Shown here piece by piece: positions 61,249 through 64,000 of a DNA stretch of 64,000 nucleotides. Source of the stretch: Tubiluchus corallicola (taxonomy: Eukaryota; Animalia; Priapulida). The position numbers and the translations under genes were made by a program. The stretch is from the NCBI GenBank assembly GCA_030141605.1, contig JAQGDQ010000124.1:186001-250000 (forward strand). Reading direction: 5' to 3'. The notes beneath the pieces are model-generated. The model was not told where the DNA came from. It saw nothing but the letters and a program-made list of their open reading frames with translations, and made no database searches. Each line of letters begins with the position of its first letter. Position 1 is the stretch's first letter.

Positions 61249-64000
61249 GACCAGATTCATTATCTTCAGTGATTTTACTAAAGTGATAATAAGAAACAAG
61301 TTATTTTCATCAGAATGCCAACTAAAAATGAGCTTGGCCACAAGACAAAGCCAGATATCGTGCTGGTCATGCACGTGACCGCTCACTTGTCTGTTAGTTT
61401 GTAGGCCTTATCAGCGTTAATAAATTAGTACTGATAAAAGTGGTTTCACAGTATAATATTACGACAATGTTGCATTTTGACAGATACATTGATAAACAGC
61501 AAATTTGCTTTATGGAGACGTATGTAACGCATCGTTTTTATGTTATTTTGGATTGCTATAACCTAATAATTTTGCACACTTTAGTTTAATTATTTTATGT
61601 TAATTTTTATTAACCTGACAGAAGGTCACGGTGTGTTCCTAAAGTCTTCTAGAAAGGACACCTAGAACAGTAAATGTATTAAGCAACCGTTATAGTGTGA
61701 AAGCCTATGGCTTCATTTGTGCGTTTTATCTATCAACATTTTACTAAGAAGAGATGAAATGTGCAAATACGATCCAAAAATAAGAACTTGCAAGTCTTCA
61801 GGTCTTTTAAAGCAAACTCTCCCATAAAGGACCTTAACGACATTACAAAGCTTTATTACGTTTAATATTAGCGTACGACCGCGTTACGTACTAGCAGGAC
61901 CCACGTAAATTGTGCCATTGCTTTTGTACGCTAGGTACTAATAGGGGAGTACTTATAATGGTTCTATTTAAATGCTGCTATTAACAACATCGCGTAATAA
62001 CATTTGATCAATCACATTAAAATCTACCTTTACACATTTGCTATTACTGTACTTACTTTTATTGTTTTTAATTTAGCTCTTTTAAAATAATGTTCTTTGT
62101 ATTGTTACGTTTATTTAGCTTCTACAATACAGAAATTAATCATAGACTAAATTCGTTGTTTAGTGATGCATGTATATATTGTATTTATAGCGCAATTAAT
62201 GAAATAAATACATTTTACAAACGCATTTAGTCTGTTATTATTATTTACATATAAATAATCCACATTATACCCTAATCCATTATAATCTACTGATTACAGA
62301 ACAAATTGCAATAAGTTTAGTAAAGGGAAAATAGAAAAACGATTTATCTTTTAATTATGCGACCTCCCACCACTATCAACATCCGCCCTCATTTCTGACA
62401 ACAATAATTTAGCTATGTCAATATCTACCTATGATAAAAACTCGTCTAATGATGGTTATCAACAGCAAGGTGATTTACGCAGTTAAGTTTACTCGGGCAA
62501 TTATAAAACCACTTTGGTCAGGTAAAAACAGGTAATACTATGGAAAGGTAAACACACTGTAAAAACCGAAGGCAGCCCGAAGATTTATCGTTTGCGTTCA
62601 GCGCCCCACTAAAGTTATTTCACGTCCATTTTATTTCCGCTTCTAATTAAACTAAACGTACGGTAGATCAATTAATTTCTGTCAGTAAGAATGGACTGAT
62701 AGTTGTCAAATTAATAGCTTAGAAATCTACACCTCAAGTGTAGTTTTATGCAAATTTAACTTGATAAGGAACGTTAAGATGATTGGTTTCGCCATCAATC
62801 ACGGAAGGTAGAACGGCGGCTGATGCAAATTTATAATAAATGTAATTAATGTATACATTTTCATATGCTTTAAAATTGAATGTTTATACTTTGGGCTACT
62901 TTTGTTTATTGCATACAGTCGTATTAATCCATTCGATTATTATCGATCCAATCTGACTCCATAACAAATGTACATTCACCACCCCTCACTTATGTATATA
63001 AGAACTAAAAATTAATTATAATGTTACATTTATATTTTTTAATTAATTACAGTTATACTGTAGTAATGTTTTACTAACATGTGAAAAGTGAACAAAATTC
63101 TAATTCTGTAATCTCACAGGATAGACTAGGCACAAAAATAATATGCTCAACGTCGTGTTCTAGACCAGGTATCAAAAAAAGTTTTCGGATTTATTTCAGC
63201 AAAAACGAACAGACAGACAGACAGACAATCTTCAAATCTTCCGTTTCAACATTTTCCAAATTTTATTCTGCTCTTAGGAAGAATAGCAACAGTGCGTAGT
63301 AAAAAACTATCTTAGCATGTTAGTACATCTATGTTATGTATGTTACACTTGTGATCAATAATTTGTATGGGTGGTTCTGTCATTCACAGCTTCAGATCTG
63401 GTGTTACCACGACTGTTTAGACTGCAAGCAGAGATCATACGAGATCAAATGAACGCCCGGGTAACGCGGGCGCCTCACCGGCGTGCATAAAGTACATCTT
63501 ACAACTTTTAATTAAGCAGTTTTCGGCAAATGATGAAAGCCTTATTGGACTGTATCAACAGTTCCCCGAAGAACTGGTTTTATTGTTAGCGAAACATCTT
63601 GCAGGTTTTATAATCAGCACTCGAAACTACTTGTGTGGTTAACTTGTACAAGAGCGGATATGATCTAATACACGATGACAGATATAAAATAACAACAAAA
63701 CTACCAATGCAATGAATGCATGCGGAGTGTTCTCACCGAATAAAAATTAACTAGTAATGATCACAGGCGTCAAGAGGAAAATCTTGTGTCAGAAGTACTT
63801 AAATTTGATCAAAATTAAAAACATTAGAAACGTTAAATGAGTTGGGCGTACGTAAAAATTCGTTAACAAAGCAAACCTGATTTTAAGGCGAGAAAAACAT
63901 ATAGTTCTGAAATGTGCCACTAAACGTGACGTCGCATACATAAGAATTTTTAAAGAGCGTATTTTATAAATTTATGCACAATATTCACAATTTGTGTGAT

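Overview
AT-rich, intron-containing genomic DNA from an invertebrate animal; no prokaryotic features. Three genes were reconstructed by hand from GT-AG junctions with continuous reading frames. (1) PDIA6/P5 protein disulfide isomerase: minus strand, 12 coding exons, 12890->3229, 448 aa, two WCGHC sites, C-terminal KDEL. (2) SEC23IP/DDHD2-family (p125) phospholipase A1/COPII accessory protein: plus strand, 5 exons, 13157->20415, 984 aa. It lies head-to-head with PDIA6, only 266 bp separate the ATGs, and that interval holds a perfect ERSE (CCAAT-N9-CCACG). (3) An ephrin: minus strand, 5 exons visible, 27816->23454, with a B-class-like receptor-binding domain but a GPI-type C-terminus. Its first exon was not found, so 27.8-64 kb is probably one very long first intron, which carries enhancer-like motif clusters, MITEs and microsatellites. 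A 5'-truncated CR1/L2-group LINE, other RT relics, several TIR-bounded MITEs, two tRNA-derived SINE heads and tandem repeats are also present. I found no convincing wholly new system. The best leads are the shared ER-stress bidirectional promoter, the GPI-anchored B-type ephrin, the single 2.1-kb terminal exon of SEC23IP and a substitution next to the second PDIA6 active site.
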